DNA of 64,000 nucleotides from an uncultured bacterium (GTDB lineage: Bacteria; Krumholzibacteriota; Krumholzibacteriia; LZORAL124-64-63), in NCBI GenBank assembly GCA_903912525.1, contig CAIWHK010000049.1, forward strand, positions 21,269 to 85,268. Direction: 5' to 3'. Shown one piece after another: positions 27,109 to 38,970 of the stretch (positions within the stretch are counted from its first letter, which is position 1; every line of letters begins with the position of its first letter). Under the pieces are notes generated by a model that was not told the origin of the DNA, ran no database searches, and saw only the letters and a program-made list of their open reading frames with translations. Made by a program: the position numbers and the translations under genes.

Positions 27109-29433
27109 ATGCGAATCCCATCCATCCCGACCACCCTGCGTGCGGCGGCGGCGCTTGCCGGCCTCGTCGTCCTGGCCGCGGGACCGGCCCCGGCGCAGCC
27201 GTCGGCCGCGCCTGTCGCCGATTCCGTGCCCGTCGTCGTCGACACGACCGCCGTGCTGCCGGGCGAAGAGGCCGTCTATGCCGCGCCCGAGGTGGTGGTC
27301 ACCGCCTCGCGCTACGGGCAGGACGCGCGGCTGAACATCTCCAACGTCACGGCCGCCGAGCTGGCCCGTCGCGAACCCGACCAGGAACTGCCGATGCTCC
27401 TGCAGTCGCAGCCGGGCGTGTTCTCGTATTCGGACGCCGGCGGCGGGCTGGGCTACACGTACCTGAAGGTGCGGGGCTTCGACCAGCGGCGCGTCGGCGT
27501 GTTGCTGGACGGCATCCCGTTGAACGATCCCGAGGACCACCAGGTGTGGTGGGTCGACATGCCTGACCTGGCGGCCGACGTGCAGGACATCCAGCTGCAG
27601 CGCGGGGTGACGGGGTCGGTGGGCGGCATGACCGCCATCGGCGGCACCGTCGACGTGGCGACCACGCCGCCGGGCGAGCGTCCGGGCACGCGTATCGGGC
27701 TGGACGCCGGCAGCTACGGGTACCGGCGGCAGATGCTGGCCTGGGACAGCGGGCTGGTCGAGGGCGGCTGGGCCACGGCGATCCGCCTGTCGCGACAGGA
27801 GACCGACGGCTTCCGCGACCGTTCGGGGCACGAGGGCTGGGGCCTGTCGTGGACCGCGCGGCGGATCACCGCCACGACCATCGACCAGGTGGGCGTGCAG
27901 GCGGGACGCGAGTTGTCGCACCATGCGTGGGACGCGGTGCCCGAGTCGATCCTCGAGACCGATCGCACCGCGAACGTGGAGACGTACCACAACGCGGTCG
28001 ACGATTTCCGGCAGCCGCATTTCACGTGGCACCGCACGTGGCTGCTGGGCGACCGCGTGACCTTGGTCAGCCGTCTGTACCACGTGCGCGGCGACGGGTT
28101 CTACGAGAACTACAAGGCCGGCCAGACGGTGGAGACCTACGGGCTCGACCTGGTGCCCGGTGGTCCGGCGGCCGGTGATGACGTCGATCTCATCCGCCGC
28201 AAGTGGGTCAGCAAGCGGCACACCGGGTGGGTGCCGTCGCTGGAGTGGGACCAGGGCCGGGGCCGCCTGCTGGCGGGCGGCGACGCTTATGCGTTCCACT
28301 CGGACCACTGGGGCGAGGTGCTGTGGGCGCGGGGCCTGGCGCCCGATGCGTTCACGACGCCCTGGGTCTATCATCGGTACCAGGGCGACAAGAAGGCGTG
28401 GTCGCTGTACGCCGACGAGCGCTGGAACCTGGGCGGCGGCCTGCAGGCGACGGTGAACCTGCAGTACCAGCGCAAGCGCTACACGTTCGCGCAGGACGCG
28501 GTCGCCAATTTCCAGGGCGAGCGGCTGAACCGGTACACCGTCACCGACGGGTTCTTCAACCCGAAGGGCGCGCTGGATTGGGCGGTGCCCGGCGAGGTGG
28601 CCGGGGGCCGGGCGCTGGTCTACGCGAACGCCGGCATCAACCACCGCGAGCCCACCGACAGCGAGCTGTTCGACACCTGGACCGGCGGCGACGACCTGGG
28701 CGCCGAGCCGCTCTTCGGCTCGCGGCGCGCGGTGCCCGACGGCAACGGCGGCGTGGCGTACATCGAGTGGTCGGACCCGCTGGTGAAGCCCGAGCGCGTG
28801 GTGGACAAGGAGTTCGGCTTCGGCTGGCGCGGGCGGGGCCTGGCCTGGTCGCTGGGCGGGTACTGGATGGACTTCACGAACGAGATCGTGCCTTACGGCG
28901 GGGTCTCGGACGACGGCAGCGGCATCCGCGGCAACGCCGGCCGCACGCGGCACCGGGGGCTGGAGTTCAGCGCCCGGGCGCTGCTGGGCCCGTCGCACGT
29001 GGTGGCGGTCACCGCCTCGCGGTCGTGGGACGAGGCCGTCGAGTTCGCCTTCCACGATTGGGACGGCACGGTGTACGATTACGCGGGCAAGCCGCTGGCC
29101 CTGTTCCCCGAGCACCTGGCGATGGTGGTCTGGGACGGGCAGTGGGGCGAGGCCCTGCGCAGCCGGGTTCGCGTGCGCAGCACGGGGCGCCAGTGGCTGG
29201 ACAACTCGGGACTGGGAGATCGCACCATCGACCCCTGGACGACGCTCGACGCGTCGCTGTGGCTGGACCTGCGCAAGGCGGGGCTCATCCACGGCGGCGA
29301 GGTCTCGGTGTTCGCGCACCTGCGCAACCTGACCGGCGCCGAGTACGAGACCTGGGGTTACTGGTACCTGGAGAACTGGAAAACGCCGGCGGCAGGCCGC
29401 AACCTGGCCGTCGGGATCGATTGTGGGTTCTGA
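27109..29433 (+). CDS. TonB-dependent receptor, probable thiamine uptake
   Basis: TonB box 'EVVVTAS', plug 'VRGFDQRR...LDGIPLNDPE', terminal Phe; under TPP riboswitch control. Confidence 0.9.
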   Translation: MRIPSIPTTLRAAAALAGLVVLAAGPAPAQPSAAPVADSVPVVVDTTAVLPGEEAVYAAPEVVVTASRYGQDARLNISNVTAAELARREPDQELPMLLQSQPGVFSYSDAGGGLGYTYLKVRGFDQRRVGVLLDGIPLNDPEDHQVWWVDMPDLAADVQDIQLQRGVTGSVGGMTAIGGTVDVATTPPGERPGTRIGLDAGSYGYRRQMLAWDSGLVEGGWATAIRLSRQETDGFRDRSGHEGWGLSWTARRITATTIDQVGVQAGRELSHHAWDAVPESILETDRTANVETYHNAVDDFRQPHFTWHRTWLLGDRVTLVSRLYHVRGDGFYENYKAGQTVETYGLDLVPGGPAAGDDVDLIRRKWVSKRHTGWVPSLEWDQGRGRLLAGGDAYAFHSDHWGEVLWARGLAPDAFTTPWVYHRYQGDKKAWSLYADERWNLGGGLQATVNLQYQRKRYTFAQDAVANFQGERLNRYTVTDGFFNPKGALDWAVPGEVAGGRALVYANAGINHREPTDSELFDTWTGGDDLGAEPLFGSRRAVPDGNGGVAYIEWSDPLVKPERVVDKEFGFGWRGRGLAWSLGGYWMDFTNEIVPYGGVSDDGSGIRGNAGRTRHRGLEFSARALLGPSHVVAVTASRSWDEAVEFAFHDWDGTVYDYAGKPLALFPEHLAMVVWDGQWGEALRSRVRVRSTGRQWLDNSGLGDRTIDPWTTLDASLWLDLRKAGLIHGGEVSVFAHLRNLTGAEYETWGYWYLENWKTPAAGRNLAVGIDCGF

Positions 29434-30155
29434 TGCTGGATGACCGACAGGCGCTGGGCGGCGCGGGCTGCCCCTTCTTCACCAAGCGCGGGCCGCGGGC
29501 CGTGATCCTGTGCGATGGACCGCCGCCGTCGCCGGAGCAACTCGCGTGGTGGCTGACGGGCGCCGACCTTTTTGTTTGCACGGATGCCGCGGGCCATCCA
29601 TACGAGCACCTGCCGCGAATGCCTGATGTCGTCATCGGCGACTTCGACTCGTTGTCGGGGCGCGTGCTGGCCGGTCGCGGCGGGCCGCTGTTCCTGGAGG
29701 TCGACGACGCCTACACGACCGACAGCGAGAAGGCGCTGCTGTACGTGGCCGAGCAGGGCTACGAGGAGGCCGTGCTGCTGGGGGCCACCGGCTGGCGCCT
29801 GGACCACACGCTGTTCAACATCATGCTGCTCGAGCGGTTCAGCGACCGCCTGCGCCTGTGCGTGTCGGGCTACCTGGCCGACGGCGTCCGCGTGGGCGCG
29901 GGCGCGCGCGAGGCGTGGGACCTGCCCGCCGGCACGCGCTTCTCGCTGCTGCCCATGGGCGGCGAAGTGCGCGGCGTGACGACCGAGGGCGCCGCCTTCC
30001 CGCTGCTGAACGAGACGCTGGGCGCCTTTGGCCCGACGGCGATCAGCAACGTCGTGACGCTGTCGCCGCTGCTGCTGTCGGTGGGCAGCGGCTCGCTGCT
30101 GGCCCTGATCGACCGCGAGCCCGAGCCGCCGCGATCCGAACGCGGCCCCGAGTAG
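29433..30155 (+). CDS. thiN: Thiamine pyrophosphokinase
   Basis: 'IGDFDS', 'TDSEKAL', 'GATGWRLDHTLFN', 'ISN'; ATG overlaps the upstream TGA. Confidence 0.9.
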   Translation: MLDDRQALGGAGCPFFTKRGPRAVILCDGPPPSPEQLAWWLTGADLFVCTDAAGHPYEHLPRMPDVVIGDFDSLSGRVLAGRGGPLFLEVDDAYTTDSEKALLYVAEQGYEEAVLLGATGWRLDHTLFNIMLLERFSDRLRLCVSGYLADGVRVGAGAREAWDLPAGTRFSLLPMGGEVRGVTTEGAAFPLLNETLGAFGPTAISNVVTLSPLLLSVGSGSLLALIDREPEPPRSERGPE

Positions 30156-31559
30156 ATGGACGCCGGCCTGACGTCCTGGTGGGCCACGCTGGCCTATGTC
30201 CTCTACCTGCTCTACGCGGTCCTGCGCGTGCTGCGCAAGCCGGCCGGCGGCGCCGTCGACTACCTGGTCGCCGGCCGCCGCCTGACGCTGCCCGCCTTCG
30301 TGGCGACGCTGGTCTCGACGTTCTACGGCGGCATCCTGGGCGTGGGTGAGTACACCTGGCGCCACGGCGTCAGCAACTGGCTGGTCTTCGGCGTTCCCTA
30401 CTATCTGTATGCGGCCATCTTCGCCCTGCTGCTGGCCTCGCGCGCGCGGCGCAGCCGCATGCTGTCGATCCCCGACCTCTTCCAGAAGCGCTACGGGCGC
30501 GGCCCGGCCCTTATCGGCGCCGGCACGCTGTTCGTCATGACGGCGCCGGCCGCCTACGTCCTGATGCTGGGCGTGCTGGTGCGCATGGCCACCGGTTGGC
30601 CGCTGTGGCTGTCGGTCAGCCTGGGAGCGCTGTTGTCGGTCTCGTACGTGTTCCGCGGCGGGCTCAAGGCCGTCGTCGACACCGACAAGGTGCAGTTCGT
30701 GCTGATGTTCGTCGGCTTCCTGGTACTGGTGCCGGTTTGCGTCTTCAAGCTGGGCGGGTGGGGTTGGCTGAGCACGCACCTGCCGGCGACGCACCTGCGC
30801 TGGGACGGCGGGCTGGGCTGGCAGGCGGTGTTCGTCTGGTACTTCATCGCGATGTCGACGCTGGTCGAGCCCGCGTTCTTCCAGCGCTGCTACGCCGCCC
30901 GCGACGAGAAGGTGGCCCGCAACGGCATCCTGGTCTCGATCGCGTTCTGGATCCTGTTCGACTTCCTGACCACCAGCGCCGGCCTCTACGCCCGGGCGCT
31001 GATGCCCGACCTGGCCGACCCCGTGCAGGCCTTCCCGGCGCTGGCTGCGCGCGTGCTGCCGGGCTTCTGGCAGGGCGTCTTCACGGTGGGCATGCTGGCG
31101 ACGATCATGTCGACGATCGACAGCTACGCGTTCATCGCCGCGGTCACCCTGGGTCGCGACCTGGTCGGTCGCTGGCGGGGGTTCGACGACGAGCGCGCGC
31201 TGCGCTCGGCGCAGTGGAGCCTGCTGGTGACCGCGATCGTGGCCATCGTGATGGCGCTGGCGGCGGGCTCGGTGATCACCTTGTGGAAGGTGCTGGGCTC
31301 GGCCGGCACGCCCGTGCTGCTGCTGCCGCTGGCGCTGGCGCACACGCGGTGGCGCGTGGGCGGGCGGCGCGTGACGGTGTCGATGGCGGCGTCGGGCCTG
31401 GTGGCGGTGGCCTGGCTGGCGGCCGGTCACGGCCAGCCCTGGCTGGGTATCGAGGCGATCTTCCCGGGGCTGCTGGCCTCGGTGCTGGTGCTGGCGCCGG
31501 CCTGGCTGCCGGGCGGCGAGGCGCAACGGATGGCGGAACCGGAATGGGGAGAACGATGA
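30156..31559 (+). CDS. Sodium:solute symporter (SSS) family permease, probably for thiamine or a precursor
   Basis: 'DYLVAGRRL', 'GGLKAVVDTD', 'QRCYAARD', 'ATIMSTIDS'. Confidence 0.88.
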   Translation: MDAGLTSWWATLAYVLYLLYAVLRVLRKPAGGAVDYLVAGRRLTLPAFVATLVSTFYGGILGVGEYTWRHGVSNWLVFGVPYYLYAAIFALLLASRARRSRMLSIPDLFQKRYGRGPALIGAGTLFVMTAPAAYVLMLGVLVRMATGWPLWLSVSLGALLSVSYVFRGGLKAVVDTDKVQFVLMFVGFLVLVPVCVFKLGGWGWLSTHLPATHLRWDGGLGWQAVFVWYFIAMSTLVEPAFFQRCYAARDEKVARNGILVSIAFWILFDFLTTSAGLYARALMPDLADPVQAFPALAARVLPGFWQGVFTVGMLATIMSTIDSYAFIAAVTLGRDLVGRWRGFDDERALRSAQWSLLVTAIVAIVMALAAGSVITLWKVLGSAGTPVLLLPLALAHTRWRVGGRRVTVSMAASGLVAVAWLAAGHGQPWLGIEAIFPGLLASVLVLAPAWLPGGEAQRMAEPEWGER

Positions 31560-32098
31560 GCGGGATGTCTTCTGTGGAACTGACGCCGGGCTATCGCGGC
31601 GCCCTGCGCGCGCTGCTGCGCTTCGCCATCGCCATGGCCGTCGTCGGCCTGCTGACGGGCATCTCGTTCCAGGAGTCGGCGCGCAAGCTGCCGTTCCCGG
31701 CGGCGGGCGCGGGGCTGCGCCTGGAGTCTGTCATCAACCTGGCGCTGGTGCACGGCCACGTGTTCACGATGGGCGTGCTGTTGCCGCTGGCGCTGGCGGG
31801 CGCGCTGTTGATGGCGCGGCGCATCGGCGGCCGCGAGGTGGGCCCGCAGGCGCTGCGCTGGCTGCTGTGGGGCTACCTGCCCGCGGCGGCGGCCACCTCG
31901 GCGCTGCAACTGGTGAAGGGCTACCACTTCCTGCTGGCAGTGCGGCGCGGCGCGACCGACCTGGCCCAGGTCGACGCGGCGTTCCTGGGCGGGCACGGCG
32001 TCGCGCGCTACGTGGTGTACGGCGCCGTGCACGGGGCGTTGGGCCTATGCCTGGTCGTGTTCCTGGTGGCGTTGTGGCGGAGCCTGCCGAGGGATTGA
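31556..32098 (+). CDS. DUF2871-like four-TM membrane protein
   Basis: 'LALVHGHVFTMG' and 'GAVHGALG' His motifs; ATGA overlap with the SSS gene. Confidence 0.65.
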   Translation: MSGMSSVELTPGYRGALRALLRFAIAMAVVGLLTGISFQESARKLPFPAAGAGLRLESVINLALVHGHVFTMGVLLPLALAGALLMARRIGGREVGPQALRWLLWGYLPAAAATSALQLVKGYHFLLAVRRGATDLAQVDAAFLGGHGVARYVVYGAVHGALGLCLVVFLVALWRSLPRD

Positions 32099-32114
32099 GC
32101 GGTCGTCGCTTTGG

Positions 32115-33395
32115 CTAGACCGCGCGCTGGCGGCGCGGCAGCCGGCGCCAGACGAAGAAGCTGGAGACGGCCAGCACGCCGGCGAAGGCGGCGATGGTCG
32201 TGAACGGCGAGATGCGCTGCGCGACCCAGCCGGTCAGGAACGCGCCCAGCGGCAGCGAGCCGCCGAAGCCCACCGACCAGATGCCGAGGATGCGGCCGCG
32301 CAGGTGGTCCTCGACGCTGGTCTGCACCAGCGTGTTGCTGGTGGACATGAACATGACGGCGCCGAAGCCGGCCACCGCCAGGCCGGCGCCGATGGTCAGC
32401 GGGTGGCGCGTCGCCGCGATCACGAAGGCGCCCAGGCACAGCAGCCAGATGCCGCCGAAGACCTGCAGCCGCGACGTGTCGGCGGCCGTCCGCCCGGCCA
32501 CGACCAGCGCGCCGCCAATCGCCCCCACGCCGAACATCGCCATCATCAACCCGTACTGCCATTCGCTCAGGTGCAGCAGGTCCTGCGCGATGGCGGGCAT
32601 CAGCGTCTGGCACGACCAGCCGAACACGCCCATCAGGCACAGCATCAGCAGAAGCGTGCGGACGCGGCGGTTGCGGCGCACCTCGCGGAATCCCTCGAGC
32701 AGGTCCTGCCAGTGGCTGGTGGTGCGGGGCGCCGCGCGATGCGGCGGCAGCTTCAGCGAGAGCAGCGTGGCGGTCACGACGAGGTAGCTGATCGCGTCCA
32801 GTGCGAAGCACCAGCCGGCGCCGACGCCGGCCATCACGATGCCGGCGATGGCCGGGCCGATCACCCGCGACGAATTGACGAGCACCGAGTTCAGCGCCAC
32901 CGCGTTCAGCAGGTGCTCGCGGCCGACCAGATCGCCGACGAAGGCCTGTCGCGCGGGGACCTCGAAGGCGAAGGCGATGCCGCCGACGGTGGCCAGGGCC
33001 AGCAGGTGCCACGGCTGCGCCCAGCCGCCGAAAACCAGGATCGCGATGGCGGCGGACGACGAGGCGGCCAGCAGCTGCGTGAAGACGACCAGCCGGCGCT
33101 TGTCGACGCGGTCGGCGATGGCGCCGGCCAGCGGCGAGAGCACGAACATCGGCAGCAGGACCAGGCCCATGATGGTGCCGAGCATCGCGCGCGAGCCGGT
33201 CATCTCGTAGATGATCCAGCCCAGCGCCGTGCGGCGCACCCAGGTGCCGATCATCGAGGCGGATTGGCCGGCATAGTAGATGCGGAAGTTGCGGACCTGC
33301 AGGGACGAAAACGTCGTGGCGAACCAGGCGCGCAGCGGTGGGCGGCGCGGGGGGCCGGGGGGATTCGGCGTGCTCGAGGGGTCCAAGTCGTCCAC
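32115..33395 (-). CDS. MFS transporter (DHA3/MFS_3-like)
   Basis: 'GAIADRVDKRR', 'PARQAF', 'NAVALNS', 'LRGRI'. Confidence 0.9.
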   Translation of the reverse strand: MDDLDPSSTPNPPGPPRRPPLRAWFATTFSSLQVRNFRIYYAGQSASMIGTWVRRTALGWIIYEMTGSRAMLGTIMGLVLLPMFVLSPLAGAIADRVDKRRLVVFTQLLAASSSAAIAILVFGGWAQPWHLLALATVGGIAFAFEVPARQAFVGDLVGREHLLNAVALNSVLVNSSRVIGPAIAGIVMAGVGAGWCFALDAISYLVVTATLLSLKLPPHRAAPRTTSHWQDLLEGFREVRRNRRVRTLLLMLCLMGVFGWSCQTLMPAIAQDLLHLSEWQYGLMMAMFGVGAIGGALVVAGRTAADTSRLQVFGGIWLLCLGAFVIAATRHPLTIGAGLAVAGFGAVMFMSTSNTLVQTSVEDHLRGRILGIWSVGFGGSLPLGAFLTGWVAQRISPFTTIAAFAGVLAVSSFFVWRRLPRRQRAV

Positions 33396-33499
33396 GGGGG
33401 CTCCGGTTGGCGCAGGTGTCCCGGCCGCAGCGCGGCCGCTTGGACAAGCTCGTTGCCCGGTGCGTTCGTGTCAATGGCGCCCGCCCGCTCCAGCGCAAG

Positions 33500-33533
33500 G
33501 GAAGGCCCCGCAACCGTGGCTGCGGGGCCTTCC
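33500..33533 (-). terminator. Hairpin terminator after S8 peptidase
   Basis: GGAAGGCCCCGCA-N8-TGCGGGGCCTTCC. Confidence 0.65.
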
Positions 33534-33592
33534 TGTTTCAGCCGCAGAGTGACCACGGCGTGGCTGTCACGCCGGGCCGCGCTGCCGCCCGG

Positions 33593-34999
<1,407 letters not shown>

Positions 35000-35332
35000 G
35001 GGGAGGCCCCTTCCAGTTGTATCGTGGGCGGCTTCAGCGTAGACGCCGGCAGACCGTTGGCTGATGGCGAGGGACCATCGACCACAGGACGTTTCCACTG
35101 TACTCCTGGCGAGGAGCGGGGATCCTACCCGGCGCCGGGGGGTGTTGCAAGCGGATTATCGTTAAGTATGGGTGTCGTTGTGATGGCGCCGGTCGGGTGC
35201 AAGTCGGGCGGGCCCGTCGACCCGGCCTGGGTCGACAATCTCCATAACCGTATGCTGAACAATGTATTGCGCAATCCTGGCCCGCCTGCAGGGCGACAAG
35301 GCCGTTCTACGCGCACCCGGGCCTATTAATTC

Positions 35333-35357
35333 ATACTTGACGATTCAAGTATTGTAT
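35333..35357 (+). promoter_or_regulatory. IscR/Rrf2-like operator upstream of suf operon
   Basis: Perfect inverted repeat ATACTTGA-CGAT-TCAAGTAT. The 25-mer ATACTTGACGATTCAAGTATTGTAT resembles the IscR type-1 motif ATASYYGACTRWWWYAGTCRRSTAT. Confidence 0.6.
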
Positions 35358-35418
35358 CGTTTTTTGGTGACGACAAACATATGGGTCACCGAACCCCAAA
35401 CGACCGCGAGGGAATCCG

Positions 35419-36225
35419 ATGTCCGACGCCTTCCTGAATCCCGACCACCCGTCCGTCGTCTTCGCCTGCCGGGGCGTGCGTGTCTTCGTCAAGGACGGGG
35501 ACACGGAGAAGCAGATCGTGCGCGGCGTCGACCTGACCGTCCGGCGCGGCGAGAAGCACGCGCTGATGGGCCCCAACGGCTCGGGCAAGTCCACGCTGGC
35601 GGCCGCCCTGATGGGCCACCCCAGCTACCGCGTCGAGGGCGACATCTGGCTGAACGGCGAGCGTATCGACACGCTCGAGCCGCACGAGCGCGCGCGCCGC
35701 GGCCTGTTCCTCAGCTTCCAGTACCCGGTGGCCGTGCCCGGCGTGACGGTGGCCAACTTCCTGCGCGCCTCGCTCGCAGCTCGCCGCGGGACCGAGATCC
35801 CGGTGCGCGCCTTCCGCCAGGAGCTGAACGCGGCGTTCGAGACGATGAGCATCGACCCCTCGTTCATCACGCGCTACCTGAACGACGGGTTCTCCGGCGG
35901 CGAGAAGAAGAAGCTGGAGATCCTGCAGATGCTGCTGCTCAAGCCGGCGTTCAGCCTGCTGGACGAGACCGACTCGGGCCTGGACATCGACGCGCTGAAG
36001 ATCGTGTCGGACGGCATCAACCTGGCCAGCGGGCCGGACAACGGACTGCTGCTGGTGACGCACTACCAGCGCATCCTGAACCACGTCCAGCCGGATGTCG
36101 TGCACGTGTTCATGAACGGACACCTCGTGCGGACCGGCGGCATGGAGCTCGTGACCGCGCTCGAGGAGCGGGGCTACGACTGGCTGGCTGAAGAGGCCGC
36201 CATTCCCGAAGGGAGCCGCGCATGA
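35419..36225 (+). CDS. sufC: Fe-S assembly ATPase SufC
   Basis: 'GPNGSGKST', 'FQYP', 'FSGGEKKK', '[12 protein letters not shown]'. Confidence 0.96.
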   Translation: MSDAFLNPDHPSVVFACRGVRVFVKDGDTEKQIVRGVDLTVRRGEKHALMGPNGSGKSTLAAALMGHPSYRVEGDIWLNGERIDTLEPHERARRGLFLSFQYPVAVPGVTVANFLRASLAARRGTEIPVRAFRQELNAAFETMSIDPSFITRYLNDGFSGGEKKKLEILQMLLLKPAFSLLDETDSGLDIDALKIVSDGINLASGPDNGLLLVTHYQRILNHVQPDVVHVFMNGHLVRTGGMELVTALEERGYDWLAEEAAIPEGSRA

Positions 36226-37694
36226 GCCACGAAGAGGAACTGGCCGGGGCCGCCAACGCCGTGGCCGATGCCCGCGCCGTCCGCAGCGCCGAACTGACCG
36301 CGCTCAACGACGACTATACGGCGAAGTACGGCTTCCACGATCCCGAGGACTACTTCCTGAAGGCCCCCAAGGGCTTGAACCACGAAGTAGTGGAGATGAT
36401 CTCGCGCAAGAAGAACGAACCGGACTGGATGCGGGCCGTCCGCCACGCGGCGCTCGACACGTTCCGCGCCAAGCCGATGCCGCGCTGGGGCGACACCGAG
36501 GGCCTGGACGGCATCGACTTCGAGAACATCCACTACTACATCAAGCCCAAGGGCGAGCAGGCCAGCGACTGGAACGACGTTCCCGACCAGATCAAGAAGA
36601 CGTTTGACCGCCTGGGCATTCCCGAGGCCGAGCGCAAGTTCCTGGCCGGCGTCACGGCGCAGTACGAGTCCGAGGTCGTCTACCACTCCATCCGCGAGGA
36701 CCTGACGAAGCTGGGTGTCCTCTTCATGGACATGGACTCGGCGCTGCGCGAGCATCCCGAGATCGTGCGGAAGTGGTTCGGGAAGATCATCCCGACGAAC
36801 GACAACAAGTTCTCGGCCCTGAACACCGCCGTGTGGTCGGGCGGCTCGTTCATCTACGTGCCCAAGGGCGTGAAGGTGGACATCCCGCTTCAGGCCTACT
36901 TCCGCATCAACGCCGAGAACATGGGCCAGTTCGAGCGCACGCTGATCATCGCCGACGAGGACAGCTCGGTGCACTACATCGAGGGCTGCACGGCGCCGAC
37001 GTACTCGTCGGACTCGCTGCACTCGGCCGTGGTGGAGCTGGTGGCGATGGATCGCGCGCATATCCGCTACACGACCATCCAGAACTGGTCGACCAACGTC
37101 TACAACCTGGTGACCAAGCGCGCCCACGCCCACACCGACGCGGTCGTCGAGTGGGTGGATGGAAACCTGGGCTCGAAGCTGACGATGAAGTACCCGGCCA
37201 TCGTGCTGCTGGGCGAGCGCGCGCACGGCGAGGTGCTGTCCATCGCGTTTGCCGGCAACGGCCAGCACCAGGACGCCGGCGCCAAGATGACCCACGCGGC
37301 GCCGAACACGACCAGCCGCATCGTCAGCAAGTCGATCAGCAAGGGCGAGGGCCGCAGCAGCTACCGCGGACTGGTCAAGGTCAACCGCGGCGCGCACGGC
37401 TGCAAGACGAGCGTCGAATGCGACGCGCTGCTGATCGGCGAGCACGCCGTGTCCGACACCTACCCGACGATGGACGTGGCCGAGTCCGACGTGCGCGTCG
37501 AGCACGAGGCCCGCGTGTCGAAGGTGGGCGAGGAGCAGCTGTTCTACCTGCAGAGCCGCGGCCTGGACCCGGACAAGGCGCGCCTGATGATCGTCAACGG
37601 CTTCATCGAGCCGTTCGTGAAGGAACTGCCGATGGAGTACGCCGTCGAGCTGAACCGGCTGATCGAGCTGGAGATGGAGGGTTCCGTTGGCTGA
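36222..37694 (+). CDS. sufB: Fe-S assembly scaffold SufB
   Basis: 'GQFERTLII', 'EGCTAP', 'TMKYP', 'EHEARVSK', 'ELPMEYAVE'. Confidence 0.97.
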   Translation: MSHEEELAGAANAVADARAVRSAELTALNDDYTAKYGFHDPEDYFLKAPKGLNHEVVEMISRKKNEPDWMRAVRHAALDTFRAKPMPRWGDTEGLDGIDFENIHYYIKPKGEQASDWNDVPDQIKKTFDRLGIPEAERKFLAGVTAQYESEVVYHSIREDLTKLGVLFMDMDSALREHPEIVRKWFGKIIPTNDNKFSALNTAVWSGGSFIYVPKGVKVDIPLQAYFRINAENMGQFERTLIIADEDSSVHYIEGCTAPTYSSDSLHSAVVELVAMDRAHIRYTTIQNWSTNVYNLVTKRAHAHTDAVVEWVDGNLGSKLTMKYPAIVLLGERAHGEVLSIAFAGNGQHQDAGAKMTHAAPNTTSRIVSKSISKGEGRSSYRGLVKVNRGAHGCKTSVECDALLIGEHAVSDTYPTMDVAESDVRVEHEARVSKVGEEQLFYLQSRGLDPDKARLMIVNGFIEPFVKELPMEYAVELNRLIELEMEGSVG

Positions 37695-38970
37695 GACAAG
37701 CACTTCCGTGATCGCGTCGGCGCGGCCGGCGCTGGACGAAGCGTTGCTGAAGGCCGTGGCGGCGACCCTCGGTGGCGACGCCGCGCAGGTCTCGCGCCGG
37801 CTCGAGGCGCTGGCGCGCTACGAGACGGCCGCCGATCCCGACCGCGTGCGGCACCTGTGGCGCTTCACGAACCCTGCGTCGCTGCTGCCGGCTTCGGTGG
37901 CGGGCGCGGCCGCGTCCGGCCCCGTGCCGGCGCCCGCGGCACCGGTGGCCGGCGCGTCGGTCACGATCGACCTGTGGCCGGGACGGGCGCCCGCCGTGCA
38001 GACGGCCGAGGACCTGCCTGTCGGCGCGCTGACGTTCACGGCGGCGGACGAGCCCTTCCCCAGTGGCAAGGCCCTGGCGAGCGACCTGTTCGGCGCGCTG
38101 GGTGATGCCGCCTGGAATGCGGGCGTGGGCCTCAAGGTGGCCGACGGCGCCAAGCTGGCCGGGCCGATCCATGTGCGCATCCATGCCTCCGCGGCGGCGT
38201 CGTTGCCGCGTCTGCGGCTGGAGGTCGGTCGGAACGCCGAGGCGATGCTCGTCGAGCAGCACATCGGCGGCGGGCCGGACGTGTGCGTCGTGGGCCGCAC
38301 CGTGATCAGCGCCGCGGACGGCGCGCGCGTGCGCCACGCCGTGGTGCAGGTCTGGGAGCCGGGCACCAGCGGCCACCTTGCGGTGGAGACGCGGGCCGGC
38401 GCCGACGCCGACATCCTGACCGTCTGCGGCGTCTTCGGCGGCGACGACACCAAGCTGGAACTGGGCACGGACCTGGCCGGCGCCGGCGCCCACAGCGAGA
38501 TCATCGGCGTGGCGCTGGTGGCCGGGAAGCAGCATGCGGATGTGCACACCAGCCATCGCCACCTGGCTGCCCACACCAGCAGCCGCATCGACTACAAGGC
38601 CGTGGCTGGACAGCAGGCGCGGTCGACCTACACGGGCCTGATCCGCATCGAGGACCGCGCCACGCACTGCGAGGCGTACCAGGAGAACCGCAACCTGCTG
38701 CTGTCGTCGCGGGCCCGGGCCGACGCCATCCCCGAGCTGGAGATCCACAACCAGGAAGTCAGCTGCAGCCACGGCGCGACCATTGCGCCGGTGGATCCCG
38801 AGCAGTTGTTCTATCTTGGGAGCCGGGGCCTGTCGCCGCACGAGTCGATGGGCCTGGTCGTGCGCGGGTTCCTCGAGAACACGCTGGCCAGGCTGCCGGA
38901 CGACGCGCGGGCCATGGTGGAGTCGTTCACGGCCCCGCGGTTGGCGACGATCAGGGAAGGAACGGCATGA
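37687..38970 (+). CDS. sufD: Fe-S assembly protein SufD
   Basis: '[17 protein letters not shown]', 'FYLGSRGL'; follows sufB. Confidence 0.9.
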   Translation: MAETSTSVIASARPALDEALLKAVAATLGGDAAQVSRRLEALARYETAADPDRVRHLWRFTNPASLLPASVAGAAASGPVPAPAAPVAGASVTIDLWPGRAPAVQTAEDLPVGALTFTAADEPFPSGKALASDLFGALGDAAWNAGVGLKVADGAKLAGPIHVRIHASAAASLPRLRLEVGRNAEAMLVEQHIGGGPDVCVVGRTVISAADGARVRHAVVQVWEPGTSGHLAVETRAGADADILTVCGVFGGDDTKLELGTDLAGAGAHSEIIGVALVAGKQHADVHTSHRHLAAHTSSRIDYKAVAGQQARSTYTGLIRIEDRATHCEAYQENRNLLLSSRARADAIPELEIHNQEVSCSHGATIAPVDPEQLFYLGSRGLSPHESMGLVVRGFLENTLARLPDDARAMVESFTAPRLATIREGTA

